From a candidate division WWE3 bacterium RIFCSPHIGHO2_02_FULL_38_14 (GTDB lineage: Bacteria > Patescibacteriota > WWE3 > UBA101185 > UBA10185): a stretch of 64,000 nucleotides of DNA. Under the pieces are notes generated by a model that saw only the letters and a list, made by a program, of their open reading frames with translations, had not been told where the DNA came from and made no database searches. Made by a program: the position numbers and the translations under genes. Shown piece after piece: positions 1-11,017 of the stretch. How positions within the stretch are numbered: the first letter of the stretch is position 1; each line of letters starts with the position of its first letter. The stretch spans positions 62,812 through 126,811 of the forward strand of contig MEVD01000003.1 in assembly GCA_001772865.1 (NCBI GenBank). The letters run 5' to 3'.

Positions 1-115
1 ATATAGAGAAAGATGATTAAAAAAGTTAAAAGAAAAAATAAAGGAATATTTGCCTTAAGAAGCATTTTTATCTTTTCTACGGATTTTATCTCATACATAC
101 ATTTATGATAGTATT

Positions 116-691
116 TTGAGCAGTTATATGAAAGATTCTGAAAAATACAAAATATTCAAAAAATTTTTTATTGAGCTGCTGGAAACATTTTTAACCACTC
201 TTATTGTTCTTTTTATTATTTATGCAACCATTGCAATGCCAGAACAAGTAGTGGGGGCCAGTATGGAGCCTAATTTTCATACTGGGGAACGAATTTTAGT
301 GGAAAAACTGACCAGGCACTTTAAGCCTTTTGAAAGGGGCGATGTGGTTGTATTGAACCCGCCTGGAAATGAAAGTTCGGATTATATTAAAAGAATAATC
401 GGAATTCCGGGAGATATTATCAAAATATACGACTGCAGAGTATATGTTTCAACCGACGGTAAAAGATATATTTTGGACGAGACTTATCTTCCTGAAAGAA
501 CCTGTACATCAGAAGGTCCTAGACTTAAAGAGGGCAGATCGATTAAAATAGAAGAGAACGAATATTTGGTATTAGGTGACAACAGAGCCAGATCTTCGGA
601 TTCGAGGTTTTTTGGCCTGGTTGAGGCAAATAGTATTCTTGGAAGAGTAATATTCAGATTTTGGCCGCTGGGTAAACTGGGATTTATATAA
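116..691 (+). CDS. lepB: Signal peptidase I (start may be ATG at 128)
   Basis: N-terminal TM helix; catalytic Ser box GASMEPNF, Lys box DYIKRIIG, and GDNRARSSDSRFFG box E. Confidence 0.95.
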   Translation: MSSYMKDSEKYKIFKKFFIELLETFLTTLIVLFIIYATIAMPEQVVGASMEPNFHTGERILVEKLTRHFKPFERGDVVVLNPPGNESSDYIKRIIGIPGDIIKIYDCRVYVSTDGKRYILDETYLPERTCTSEGPRLKEGRSIKIEENEYLVLGDNRARSSDSRFFGLVEANSILGRVIFRFWPLGKLGFI

Positions 692-708
692 AAAGCAGTT
701 TGTTGCTA

Positions 709-737
709 TTGACACGCCATAAAAGATATGTTAACTT
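709..737 (+). promoter_or_regulatory. Sigma70-type promoter for rpoBC
   Basis: TTGACA (709-714), 17 bp spacer, TAACTT (732-737), with extended -10 TG at 729-730. Confidence 0.7.
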
Positions 738-862
738 GCCTCTTGTCTTTGAGTATACAAAAGCTGCTTTTTGTTTTGACTGTTTATGAAGATCTGGCCG
801 GTAGAACTACCATATCTTCCATCTCATCCGGTCTTTGTGGGTGATTTTAAAAGTATAAAATA

Positions 863-3800
863 ATGCGACATAATTTTTCTAAAAGAAAAGTAACTTTATC
901 TTTGCCTAATCTTCTGGGTATTCAATTGGAGTCTTATCAGTGGCTAAGAGAAAAGGGATTAAATGAAATTTTAGAAGAATTGGGGCTGATAGAAGACTAT
1001 TCGGGAAGGGGTTGGGTATTAAAGCTTTCAAGCGCCGAAATTCAAAAGGAAAATATTTCCGTCAGCGAAGCTTTGCATTCCGGACGAACTTATGACGCCC
1101 CCTGGTACGTTTCGGCAGTTTTAGAAGATCCTCTAATTAAAAAATCCAAAAAGCAGCAAATTTATATGGGCGATATACCTCTCATGACGACAAGAGGTAC
1201 CTTTATTATTAACGGTGTAGAAAGGGTTATTGTAAACCAGCTAATTAGATCGGAAGGAGTCTTATTCACCGGTGCTCCGTCTCCCGTAACGGGACAGTTC
1301 TTAGGAGGGGCAAAGGTTTTGCCTAAAAACGGAGTCTGGCTGGAAATAGAAACATCACGCTCAGGAGTTATAAGCGTAAAAATAGACAGAAAAAGAAAAA
1401 TAACAATCTCGACTCTTTTAAGAGTTTTCGGCTTGGAAACGGATGACGATATTAGAAATGCTTTTAATGATGTTGAAACCAATCCGGAAACTAATTTTAC
1501 CGAATCTACTCTAGCCAAGGATCCCTCTTCTAATTATGATGAAGCTTGTCTTGAAATATACAGGAAAATGAGACCGGGGGAACCACTGGTTGTTGAGAAT
1601 GCCCGCGCGCTTGTGGATTCGATGTTTTTTAATAAGAGGCGCTACAGTTTAGGAGAAGTCGGAAGATTTAAAGTAAACCAGGTTTTAGGTTTAAACTTTC
1701 CGAATGATCCTAAACATAGATTATTACAACTGGAGGATTTGGTTAAAATAATTTCCAGAATAATAGAGCTTAATAACGGTTTGGGTGATCCCAGCGATGT
1801 AGACCATTTAAGTAACAGAAGAGTAAAAAGTGTAGGCGAGCTCCTTCAAAATCAAATCAGAATCGGATTTTTACAGATGGAAAAAAATATTAAGGAAAAA
1901 ATGAGTTTGGCTCCCAGAAACGAATTACCGGAGCCAAATTTGTTAGTATCGCCCAGAGCGGTAGCGGCTAAAATACACAGCTTCTTTGCTACCGGACAGT
2001 TATCTCAATTCCAAGATCAGCAAAACCCGTTAACTTCATTGGATCACTTAAGAAGGTTGTCGGTTATGGGTCCGGGGGGATTAACAAAAGAAAGAGCAAG
2101 CATGGCAGTGAGAGATGTGCATTATTCTTCATTTGGAAGAATTTGTCCGGTAAGAACACCAGAAGGTCCGAACATCGGATTAATCAACTATTTGGCTATG
2201 TACGCAAAAGTAAATCAATACGGTTTTTTGGAAACTCCGTATATTAAATTGGAGAAAGAGCCGGATGGAAGGATAAAGGTGACCGGAGAAGTAGTATACC
2301 TGGCGGCTTATGATGAAGAAGGAGTTTATATTACAGACTCATCCGTACAATTAGATGAAAACAATTATATTATTCAAAAGCAGGTTCCGTTAAGAATGGG
2401 GGGTAATTTTATTTTGGGAGATGTTTCACATGCACAGTATATGGAGCTAGTACCAAGGCAAATCGTCGGTATTTCGGCCGGTTTAATTCCGTTTTTATCA
2501 AACGATGATATTTCAAGAGCATTAATGGGTACACAGCAGATGTCTCAGGCAGTACCATTGGTAAAAGCTGAATCTCCAATTGTAGGAACTGATATTGAAA
2601 GAGAAATTTCCGAGAATGCTAATGCGGTTGTTTTTGCAGAAGACAGCGGAACCGTAATATTTGCTGATGCATCAAAAGTTATAGTAAGTTATGAAGGTAG
2701 AAAAGGAAAAGCCGAGTACAAGCCAACTAAATTTACAAAATCCAATTTGGATACGTGCTATAACCAATACGTTAGAGTATCCACAGAACAGAAAATTAAT
2801 AAAGGCGATATTTTAATCGAAGGACCGGGAGTGCAAAAAGGTGAACTGGCAATAGGAACTAATGTAATTGTAGGTTATATGATCTGGGAAGGTTATGAAT
2901 ATGAAGACGGTATTATTATTTCCGACAGACTTGTTAAAGAAGATATTCTAACCTCTATACATGTGTCCGACTACACTATTTCGGTATTGGAAACTAAATT
3001 GGGACCCGAAGAAATAACAAGGGATATTCCTAATTTGCCGGAAGATGCTTTAAGGAATCTGGATGAAGAAGGAATTGTTGCAATAGGTTCTAAAGTTAAG
3101 TCGGGAGATGTTCTGGTAGGTAAGGTCGCACCAAAAGGCGAAGCTGACTTGTCTGCTGAGGAGAGATTATTAAGAGCAATATTCGGGGAAAAGGCAAAAG
3201 ACGTACGTGATAATTCATTAGTTATGCCCCATGGCGAGCACGGTGTGGTAATAGGAGTTAAAAGAGTAAACAGAAAGCAAAATGACGAATTGCCAGCCGG
3301 TGTTTTGGAAGAAATAACCGTTTATGTTGCTCAGCAGAAAAAAATTGAAATAGGTGACAAGCTTGCGGGCAGGCACGGAAATAAAGGAGTAATTTCGGCA
3401 ATAGTATCAACCGTTGATATGCCTCATTTGGAAGACGGAACCCCGATAGATATAGTTTTTTCGTCGGAAGCTGTTTTGAAAAGAATGAATGTTGGCCAGA
3501 TTTTAGAAGCTCCGTTAGGGATGGCCGGAGAAAAGCTCGGTAGATTATATTCTATACCGGCTTTAGAAGCGGTAGATGAAAAAGAGATAGAAGCTGAATT
3601 GTTAAATGCAAATATTCCGGTAAATGGAAAAAGAAGACTTATTGACGGTAGAACGGGTGAGTATTTTGATAATGAAGTTGTAGTAGGTAATACCTATATT
3701 TTAAAACTTATTCATATGAGTGAGGAAAAAATGCACGCCAGGTCTACCGGCCCGTATTCTTTAATAACACAGCAACCGCTTGGCGGAAAGGCTCAATTCG

Positions 3801-4117
3801 GCGGGCAGAGATTTGGAGAGATGGAGGTTTGGGCGTTGGAAGCTTACGGTGCCGCCCATATTTTAAAGGAAATGCTTACGATAAAATCCGATGATTTAGT
3901 AGGCAGGACACAAGCTTACAGTGCGATCATCCAAAATAAGCCAATTCCTGAATCATCAATACCGGAGACTTTTAAATTACTTGTCAGAAAAATGAATGGT
4001 TTGGGATTAGGTCTTGAAGCCATAGGAGGAGAGACTGTAGAAGAGTCAGAGGCCGCTAGTACAGAAGCTGCCGGTGAGAATGAGGAAAATATAGTAGTTG
4101 AATCGGAGGTCAAGTGA
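863..4117 (+). CDS. rpoB: RNA polymerase beta subunit
   Basis: GTFIINGVERV, TPEGPNIGLI, GDKLAGRHGNKG and GGQRFGEMEVWALEAYG motifs. Confidence 0.99.
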   Translation: MRHNFSKRKVTLSLPNLLGIQLESYQWLREKGLNEILEELGLIEDYSGRGWVLKLSSAEIQKENISVSEALHSGRTYDAPWYVSAVLEDPLIKKSKKQQIYMGDIPLMTTRGTFIINGVERVIVNQLIRSEGVLFTGAPSPVTGQFLGGAKVLPKNGVWLEIETSRSGVISVKIDRKRKITISTLLRVFGLETDDDIRNAFNDVETNPETNFTESTLAKDPSSNYDEACLEIYRKMRPGEPLVVENARALVDSMFFNKRRYSLGEVGRFKVNQVLGLNFPNDPKHRLLQLEDLVKIISRIIELNNGLGDPSDVDHLSNRRVKSVGELLQNQIRIGFLQMEKNIKEKMSLAPRNELPEPNLLVSPRAVAAKIHSFFATGQLSQFQDQQNPLTSLDHLRRLSVMGPGGLTKERASMAVRDVHYSSFGRICPVRTPEGPNIGLINYLAMYAKVNQYGFLETPYIKLEKEPDGRIKVTGEVVYLAAYDEEGVYITDSSVQLDENNYIIQKQVPLRMGGNFILGDVSHAQYMELVPRQIVGISAGLIPFLSNDDISRALMGTQQMSQAVPLVKAESPIVGTDIEREISENANAVVFAEDSGTVIFADASKVIVSYEGRKGKAEYKPTKFTKSNLDTCYNQYVRVSTEQKINKGDILIEGPGVQKGELAIGTNVIVGYMIWEGYEYEDGIIISDRLVKEDILTSIHVSDYTISVLETKLGPEEITRDIPNLPEDALRNLDEEGIVAIGSKVKSGDVLVGKVAPKGEADLSAEERLLRAIFGEKAKDVRDNSLVMPHGEHGVVIGVKRVNRKQNDELPAGVLEEITVYVAQQKKIEIGDKLAGRHGNKGVISAIVSTVDMPHLEDGTPIDIVFSSEAVLKRMNVGQILEAPLGMAGEKLGRLYSIPALEAVDEKEIEAELLNANIPVNGKRRLIDGRTGEYFDNEVVVGNTYILKLIHMSEEKMHARSTGPYSLITQQPLGGKAQFGGQRFGEMEVWALEAYGAAHILKEMLTIKSDDLVGRTQAYSAIIQNKPIPESSIPETFKLLVRKMNGLGLGLEAIGGETVEESEAASTEAAGENEENIVVESEVK

Positions 4118-7100
4118 AATATTTAAGCGATTTAAAAAAGTTTGATGCAATAAAAATTTACTTAGCTTCTAGTGAAGAAATACTCTCATGGTCGTTCGGG
4201 GAAATTACCAAACCGGAAACAATAAACTACAGGACATTTAAACCCGAAAGAGAAGGATTATTTGATGAAAGAATCTTCGGCCCGTCCAAAAACTACGAGT
4301 GTTATTGCGGAAAATATAAAGGAATAAGATATAAAGGAGTAATCTGCGACAAATGCGGTGTTGAAGTAACTACTTCGAGAGTAAGAAGAGAAAGAATGGG
4401 GCACATCAGTCTGGCTTCTCCGGTGGCCCATGTGTGGTTTTTCAGAGGAATCCCCTCAAAAATGGCTTTACTTTTAGATATAACTCCCAGAAATATTGAG
4501 TCGATAATCTACTTCTCATCTTTTATTGTTATTCAAGTTGACGGAGCCAAGAAAGCTCAGGCAATATCTAATGTAAATAAGGATATGGATAAAGCTTTGA
4601 AGGAGCTGGAAAAAGAAATGGAAGAGCAAGTCAAAGGTTTGGAAAAAGAAATAAACACATTGACTAAAAATAAGGATGATTTGAAAAATCAGGAGCAGGA
4701 AATCAAAATCAGACAGAAAATCCAGCAAATTCGAAACGGCTTTGAAAAGAAAAAGGAGGAAAAAGAAAAAGAATTTAAAATTGTCGAAAAAAAGATTGAA
4801 AGTATTGAACTGTTTACAGTTTTATCGGATACCGAGTATTTAAACATGAGCCAGTATGTTGATATTTTCTGCAAGGTTGAAATCGGAGCCGAATCGCTGG
4901 AGAAGATCCTGGCAAGTATTGATTTGAACAAGCTGTCATCGGAACTAAGAAGGGGGCTGGAAAGTTCAAAGGGGCAGAAAGCGGCTAAGCTCACAAAAAG
5001 ATTAAAAGTAGTTGAACAGTTCAGAAGGGCTAAAATCGGACCTGAAAGAATGATATCAAGTGTGGTTCCGGTTATTCCTCCTGACCTTAGACCGTTAGTT
5101 CAGCTGGAAGGAGGAAGATTCGCTTCTTCGGATTTAAATGAGTTATATAGAAGAGTCATAAACAGAAATAATAGGTTAAGCAGACTTTTGGAACTAGGTG
5201 CTCCTGAAATAATAATAAGAAATGAAAAAAGAATGCTGCAGGAATCGGTAGACGCATTATTTGATTCCTCTAAACAAAGGCAAAAGCTTAGGACTGCAAG
5301 AGGTAAAAAAGAATTAAGATCTCTCGCGGACATGCTTAAGGGAAAGCAAGGTATATTCAGGCTTAATCTTTTAGGTAAGAGAGTGGATTATTCCGGAAGA
5401 GGGGTTATTATAAATGGACCTACGTTGAAATTAAATGAATGCGGAATTCCGAAAGAAATGGCAATAGAGTTATTTAAGCCGTTTATATTGAGAGAACTTC
5501 TGATAAAAGGATTTGCTCCCAATGTGAAAAGCGCGAAATTTGTTTTGGAGAACAGAGGACCCGAAGTTTGGGATATATTAGAAGAACTTGTAAAAGATCA
5601 TCCCGTTCTATTAAACAGAGCGCCAACTTTATGGAGGCTTGGAATTCAGGCATTCTATCCCAAGCTGATTGAGGGTAACGCCATAAGGCTTCATTTATGC
5701 GTTTGTGCCGGGTTTAATGCAGACTTTGACGGAGATCAGATGGCGGTTCATTTGCCATTATCGGAGGCTGCCAAGGATGAAGCCAGAAATGTATTAATCT
5801 CAACCAGCAATTTGCTGAATCCTTCCGACGGTTCACCTATGTCGGTTCCGAATAAAATAATATTATTCGGTATTTACTACATAACATCAATTGATGATAA
5901 GCTTCCTTTAGTTGAAAGAATATTTACGGATAAGGATGAAGTTTTATATGCGCTAAATACTTCAGATTCACTTAAACTTAGGCAGAGGGTAAAAGTGAAG
6001 GTCCAAAACGACATTATTGAAACGACTCCCGGTAGAATAATATTTAACCAAATAGTTCCGGTTTCGTTCGGATTTGTAAATGATGAAATGCCAAAGAAAA
6101 AAGTTAATGCTCTTATAGCCAGAGCTTTTGAAGAAGAATCCAACGAAGTAATTGTAAAGCTGATTGACGATCTTAAAGACATTGGACTAAAGTTTGGCAC
6201 TATATCCGGGCTGTCAGTTTCATTGTCGGATATTGATATTCCGGCCGAGAGAGAGCCTCTAATTGAAAAAGGTAGAAATTCCGTAATGGAAATCGACAAG
6301 AATTATAGGAGAGGCTTAATAACTAAATCGGAAGCTCATAGGTTGACGGAAGATGTGTGGAATCAAGTGACAGCTGAGGTGGATGAAGCGGTTTGGAATA
6401 ACTTAAAAGCTGATAATCCTGTAAAAGTGCTGGTTAAATCCGGTGCTACCAGAGCTTCTAGAGACCAGGTGAAACAGATTGCGGGAATTAAAGGATTGGT
6501 TTCGGACCCGACCGGAAAAATAGTAGAGATGCCTATTTTGGGGAATTATAAAATCGGGCTTTCCGGCTCGGAGTACTTTGTCGGTGCGAGAGGTGCAAGA
6601 AAAGGTTTAGTGGATAAAGGATTAAAAACTGCTGACGCCGGGTATTTGACCAGAAGACTGGTAGATGTTTCTCAAGATGTTTTGATCAGAGAGGAAAACT
6701 GTGGGACCACAAAAGGCAGGGAAGTGTTTTTAAATGATACCACTGTATTGCAGGCCTTTGCGGACAGGATTTCCGGCAGATATTTAGCCCAGGACGTTAA
6801 GGCGGAAAACAAAGTTGTTATGAAAAAGGGTACTTTGATTGGAATAAATGAAGCTAAAGAAATAGAAAAAGCTAAGGTGGAAAAAATTGTAATAAGGTCG
6901 CCTATGACATGTGAAACCAGAAGGGGAATTTGCGAAAAGTGCTACGGAATGGATTTGGTCACTAAAAAAGATGTTAGGGTTGGAACCGCGGTAGGTGTTG
7001 CAGCTGCTCAATCCATCGGTGAGCCGGGAACACAGTTAACAATGAGGACATTCCATACTGGAGGTATTGCTGGAAAAGACATTACTCAAGGTTTACCCAG

Positions 7101-7788
7101 AGTAGAAGAATTGGTGGAAGCAAGAGCGCCCAAATTTTTAGCAATTATGAGCGAAATAACCGGTACGGTAAAAATCTCTAAGAACGGAGATGAAAGAAAG
7201 ATTACGATTATAGCAACCGATCCGAATGAGGATCAGCAGACCGCCGATTATTTTGTTGATCCGGTTTCCGAAATACTGGTTGAGGACGGACAGTTGGTAG
7301 CCAAAGGCGAGAAACTAACCGGAGGAAATTTGGATTTGACTGACTTGTTCAGAACTGTGGGAGCTGAAGAAACTAAAAGGTATATATTAAATGAAATACA
7401 AAAGGTTTATGCCTCTCAGGGAGTTTCTTTAAACGACAAGCACGTTGAAGTAATAGTCAGGCAGATGTTTAACAATGTTAAGATAGAAGACCGGGGAGAT
7501 ACCGACTTTTTGGTAGGAGAAATAGTAACAAAAGCTAGATTTGAAGAGGAAAACGAAAAAACGATCGCGGAAGGCGGAGCCCCCGCAACAGCCAAACTCA
7601 CTTTACTGGGTATAACTAAGGCCTCGCTTTTTTCCGACAGTTTCTTATCGGCAGCATCTTTTATTCAAACCAGCAATGTGTTGACCGACGCAGCAGCTTC
7701 TGGTAGAGTCGATAAGCTGTTGGGGCTGAAAGAAAACGTTATATTAGGAAGATTAATCCCGACAGGAGAAACCGCGAGGTTGGATTAA
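4114..7788 (+). CDS. rpoC: RNA polymerase beta' subunit
   Basis: Zn ribbon CYCGKY..CDKC, catalytic NADFDGDQM, trigger loop [13 protein letters not shown]; GTGA overlap with rpoB. Confidence 0.99.
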   Translation: MKYLSDLKKFDAIKIYLASSEEILSWSFGEITKPETINYRTFKPEREGLFDERIFGPSKNYECYCGKYKGIRYKGVICDKCGVEVTTSRVRRERMGHISLASPVAHVWFFRGIPSKMALLLDITPRNIESIIYFSSFIVIQVDGAKKAQAISNVNKDMDKALKELEKEMEEQVKGLEKEINTLTKNKDDLKNQEQEIKIRQKIQQIRNGFEKKKEEKEKEFKIVEKKIESIELFTVLSDTEYLNMSQYVDIFCKVEIGAESLEKILASIDLNKLSSELRRGLESSKGQKAAKLTKRLKVVEQFRRAKIGPERMISSVVPVIPPDLRPLVQLEGGRFASSDLNELYRRVINRNNRLSRLLELGAPEIIIRNEKRMLQESVDALFDSSKQRQKLRTARGKKELRSLADMLKGKQGIFRLNLLGKRVDYSGRGVIINGPTLKLNECGIPKEMAIELFKPFILRELLIKGFAPNVKSAKFVLENRGPEVWDILEELVKDHPVLLNRAPTLWRLGIQAFYPKLIEGNAIRLHLCVCAGFNADFDGDQMAVHLPLSEAAKDEARNVLISTSNLLNPSDGSPMSVPNKIILFGIYYITSIDDKLPLVERIFTDKDEVLYALNTSDSLKLRQRVKVKVQNDIIETTPGRIIFNQIVPVSFGFVNDEMPKKKVNALIARAFEEESNEVIVKLIDDLKDIGLKFGTISGLSVSLSDIDIPAEREPLIEKGRNSVMEIDKNYRRGLITKSEAHRLTEDVWNQVTAEVDEAVWNNLKADNPVKVLVKSGATRASRDQVKQIAGIKGLVSDPTGKIVEMPILGNYKIGLSGSEYFVGARGARKGLVDKGLKTADAGYLTRRLVDVSQDVLIREENCGTTKGREVFLNDTTVLQAFADRISGRYLAQDVKAENKVVMKKGTLIGINEAKEIEKAKVEKIVIRSPMTCETRRGICEKCYGMDLVTKKDVRVGTAVGVAAAQSIGEPGTQLTMRTFHTGGIAGKDITQGLPRVEELVEARAPKFLAIMSEITGTVKISKNGDERKITIIATDPNEDQQTADYFVDPVSEILVEDGQLVAKGEKLTGGNLDLTDLFRTVGAEETKRYILNEIQKVYASQGVSLNDKHVEVIVRQMFNNVKIEDRGDTDFLVGEIVTKARFEEENEKTIAEGGAPATAKLTLLGITKASLFSDSFLSAASFIQTSNVLTDAAASGRVDKLLGLKENVILGRLIPTGETARLD

Positions 7789-7792
7789 AAAG

Positions 7793-8218
7793 ATGCCTAC
7801 TGTAAATCAATTACTTAGATATGGCCGAAAAGTGAAGAGATCAAAAATGAAGACGGTTGCTTTATCAGAAGTTTATAACTCCAGAAAGAGGACTGTTAAA
7901 ATGCACAACTCCCCCTTTAAAAAAGGGGTTTGTCTGCTTGTTAAAACCGCCACTCCCAGAAAACCGAATTCAGCATTAAGAAAAGTAGCCAGAGTAAGAC
8001 TATCGAATAAAAGGGAAGTGACGGCTTATATACCGGGTGAAGGTCACAACTTGCAGGAGCATTCAGTTGTACTTGTAAGAGGCGGAAGAGTTAAAGATCT
8101 GCCGGGAATAAAGTACACTATAGTTAGGGGATCTTTTGATTTGTTCGGAGTGCAGAATAGAAAAACCTCAAGGTCGATTTACGGAACTAAACTGCAAAAA
8201 GGAGCAGTGAAGGTTTAA
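7793..8218 (+). CDS. rpsL: 30S ribosomal protein S12
   Basis: KPNSALRK and [10 protein letters not shown] motifs. Confidence 0.99.
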   Translation: MPTVNQLLRYGRKVKRSKMKTVALSEVYNSRKRTVKMHNSPFKKGVCLLVKTATPRKPNSALRKVARVRLSNKREVTAYIPGEGHNLQEHSVVLVRGGRVKDLPGIKYTIVRGSFDLFGVQNRKTSRSIYGTKLQKGAVKV

Positions 8219-8236
8219 AAATTTTATTATTTTAAT

Positions 8237-8704
8237 ATGAGATCAGGGAAAACAGACAAAAGACAGGTTCAAAGCGACTTGCTCTATAAATCAAGAGTAG
8301 TTACTCGTATGATTAATACGGTAATGCTAAACGGCAATAAATCATTAGCCGAAAAAATAGTTTACGGAGCTTTAAGCAAACTCGCGGAAGAAAGAAAAGA
8401 TGCTCTAACAGCGTTTGAACAGGCAGTGAAAAACGTAATGCCGGTTCAGGAAGTAAGGTCAAGAAGAATAGGTGGAGCTACCTATCAGGTCCCCGTTCCG
8501 CTAAAACACGACAGGTCAGAAGCCCTGGCTGTAAGATGGATAGTTCAAACGGCAAGATCAAGAAAAGGTAAACCGATGCTGGAGAAATTGTTTGAAGAGA
8601 TAAAAAATGCTCAGTCAAATACAGGAAGCGCCATTAAGAAAAAGGAAGATACTCATAGAATGGCCGAAGCGAACAAAGCATTTGCACATTTTGGAAAATT
8701 TTAA
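8237..8704 (+). CDS. rpsG: 30S ribosomal protein S7
   Basis: RRIGGATYQVP and HRMAEANKAFAH motifs. Confidence 0.99.
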   Translation: MRSGKTDKRQVQSDLLYKSRVVTRMINTVMLNGNKSLAEKIVYGALSKLAEERKDALTAFEQAVKNVMPVQEVRSRRIGGATYQVPVPLKHDRSEALAVRWIVQTARSRKGKPMLEKLFEEIKNAQSNTGSAIKKKEDTHRMAEANKAFAHFGKF

Positions 8705-8716
8705 TTAGGCGTTTTT

Positions 8717-10804
8717 ATGTCTGAGAAGTCCCCTGTAATTTCTTACCCCATAGATAAAATCAGAAATATAGGTATTATTGCCCATATTGATGCCGGAAAA
8801 ACTACCACGACCGAAAGAATTCTATTTTATACCGGAAAAACTCATAAGATTGGAGAAGTCCACGAAGGCGCCACCCAAATGGACTGGATGGCTCAGGAAA
8901 GAGAAAGAGGTATTACAATTACTTCCGCAGCAACTACATGTTACTGGAAGGATTATAGAATTAACATTATTGACACTCCCGGTCATGTTGACTTCACGGC
9001 TGAAGTAGAAAGATCTTTGAGAGTGCTGGACGGAGGAGTTGTAGTTTTTGACGGTTCACAAGGGGTAGAGCCGCAAAGCGAAACCGTTTGGAGGCAGGCG
9101 GAAAAATATAATGTACCGTTAATCGCGTTCGTAAATAAACTGGACAAAATCGGTGGCGATTTTTACATGTCTCTGAATTCGATTCAGGAAAGACTTTCTC
9201 CTAATGCATACGCTGTTCAATTGCCTGTAGGCGTAGAAAATGATTTTAATCAGGTGATTGATCTTGTAGAAAGAAAAGCATATTTATTCGAAGGGAAACT
9301 AGGTTCGGAAATAATAGAAGTCGAAGTTCCTGAGAACATGAAAGAAAAAGTTGAGGAGTACAGGACAAAATTAGTAGAAAAAGTTGCGGAATCTGATGAG
9401 AAATTGATCGAAAAATATTTGTCGGGAGAACCACTGACAATTGAAGAAATAAAAAAAGGTATGCGGAAGCTTACTTTGGAAACAAAACTGTATCCTGTTT
9501 TTTGCGGTGCTTCTTTGGGTAATATCGGAGTTCAAAAAGTATTGGACGGAGTAATTGATTATCTGCCATGTCCGGCCGATGTAGCCGACGAGACAGGAAT
9601 TATTCCGGACAGCGGTGAAAAAATAGTATTAAAAGCCGACGAAAATGAGCCTTTTACGGCTTTGGCATTTAAAATCCAGACCGATCCGTATGTAGGAAGG
9701 TTGATATATTTCAGGGTGTATTCGGGAAAGGTCAGCTCCGGTTCGTATATTCTAAATTCAACTAAAAATAAAAAAGAAAGAATAGGAAGAATTTTATTAA
9801 TGCACGCGAATCATAGAGAAGAAGTTAAAGAAGTTAAAGCAGGAGAGATAGCAGCGGCGGTTGGCCTGGAAGCTACAACCGGAGATACTATTTGTATGGA
9901 AAGCAAACCTATCATTTTGGAAACCATCCATTTTGCCGAACCGGTCATTGGTCTTGTGGTTGAGCCGAAAACCAAGGCAGACAGAGACAAATTAAGCGAA
10001 TCTCTGAAAAAGTTTATAGAAGAAGATCCCACGCTTAAAATAAAAACAGATGCGGAGACGGCACAGACTATTTTATATGGTATGGGAGAGTTACATTTGG
10101 AAATTATTGTAGATAGAATGAAAAGAGAATTCGGAGTTGAGGTTATAACTGGTAAACCCCAAGTAGCGTACAGGGAAACAGTAAAAAATTCCGTCGATCA
10201 GGAAGGAAAATATATCAGGCAGACCGGGGGTCGTGGTCAGTACGGCCATGTATTTATAAAAGTTGAACCGTTGGAAAGAGGAAAAGGAGTTGAATTTGTA
10301 AATAAAGTTGTCGGGGGCGCGATACCACGTGAATATATTCCGGCGGTTGAAAAAGGTATTAAAGAATCGTGTGAGTCGGGTGTTTTGGCTGGATATCCGG
10401 TTGTAGATGTGAGAATCACATTGTTTGATGGTTCTTTCCACGAGGTAGATTCATCCGAAATAGCTTTTAAAATGGCAGCCAGCGAAGCTTTTAAGAGTGC
10501 GCAGAGAAATGCCCAGGCTTATCTTCTTGAGCCAATTATGAATATTGAAGTGGTGACTCCTGAGGATTTTATGGGTGATATAATAGGCGATTTATCAGGT
10601 AAAAGAGGCAGGATAGAAGGTACTGAAACCAGAGGTACTGCCAGAGTAATCAGCGCAAAAGTGCCTTTGGCTGAAATGTTTGGGTATGCAACTGAACTGA
10701 GGGGTATGTCCCAGGGTCGCGCCAGCTTTACAATGGAGCCCAGCCATTATGAAGAAGTACCGGCAAACGTGACCGAATTGATAATTAAAGGTTCAAACAG
10801 GTAG
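8717..10804 (+). CDS. fusA: Elongation factor G
   Basis: [22 protein letters not shown] and NKLD GTPase motifs. Confidence 0.99.
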   Translation: MSEKSPVISYPIDKIRNIGIIAHIDAGKTTTTERILFYTGKTHKIGEVHEGATQMDWMAQERERGITITSAATTCYWKDYRINIIDTPGHVDFTAEVERSLRVLDGGVVVFDGSQGVEPQSETVWRQAEKYNVPLIAFVNKLDKIGGDFYMSLNSIQERLSPNAYAVQLPVGVENDFNQVIDLVERKAYLFEGKLGSEIIEVEVPENMKEKVEEYRTKLVEKVAESDEKLIEKYLSGEPLTIEEIKKGMRKLTLETKLYPVFCGASLGNIGVQKVLDGVIDYLPCPADVADETGIIPDSGEKIVLKADENEPFTALAFKIQTDPYVGRLIYFRVYSGKVSSGSYILNSTKNKKERIGRILLMHANHREEVKEVKAGEIAAAVGLEATTGDTICMESKPIILETIHFAEPVIGLVVEPKTKADRDKLSESLKKFIEEDPTLKIKTDAETAQTILYGMGELHLEIIVDRMKREFGVEVITGKPQVAYRETVKNSVDQEGKYIRQTGGRGQYGHVFIKVEPLERGKGVEFVNKVVGGAIPREYIPAVEKGIKESCESGVLAGYPVVDVRITLFDGSFHEVDSSEIAFKMAASEAFKSAQRNAQAYLLEPIMNIEVVTPEDFMGDIIGDLSGKRGRIEGTETRGTARVISAKVPLAEMFGYATELRGMSQGRASFTMEPSHYEEVPANVTELIIKGSNR

Positions 10805-11017
10805 ATATTAACCTATAGTACATAGGATGAAAAACATCCTTGCTTTTATGTTAGGTTTCTGGTTTACTTCATACCTGTAATTTGTTATAAATAACTTCAC
10901 AAATAGGACTTTATATATTAATATACAAAGGTCAAATGGAAGAAAAAGTATAAAGTTGTAGATTGTTTGCATACTTTAAATAATCTTAAGGTATCCAAAT
11001 AGTTCGAAAGGACTAAA

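Noticed and set aside
1-115. Possible tail of an upstream gene
   Set aside because: A-rich with early stops; too little sequence to support a call.
10990-11017. GTTCGA as a possible tRNA T-loop
   Set aside because: No cloverleaf or acceptor stem; it is part of a GAAA hairpin. No tRNA or rRNA was seen in the window.
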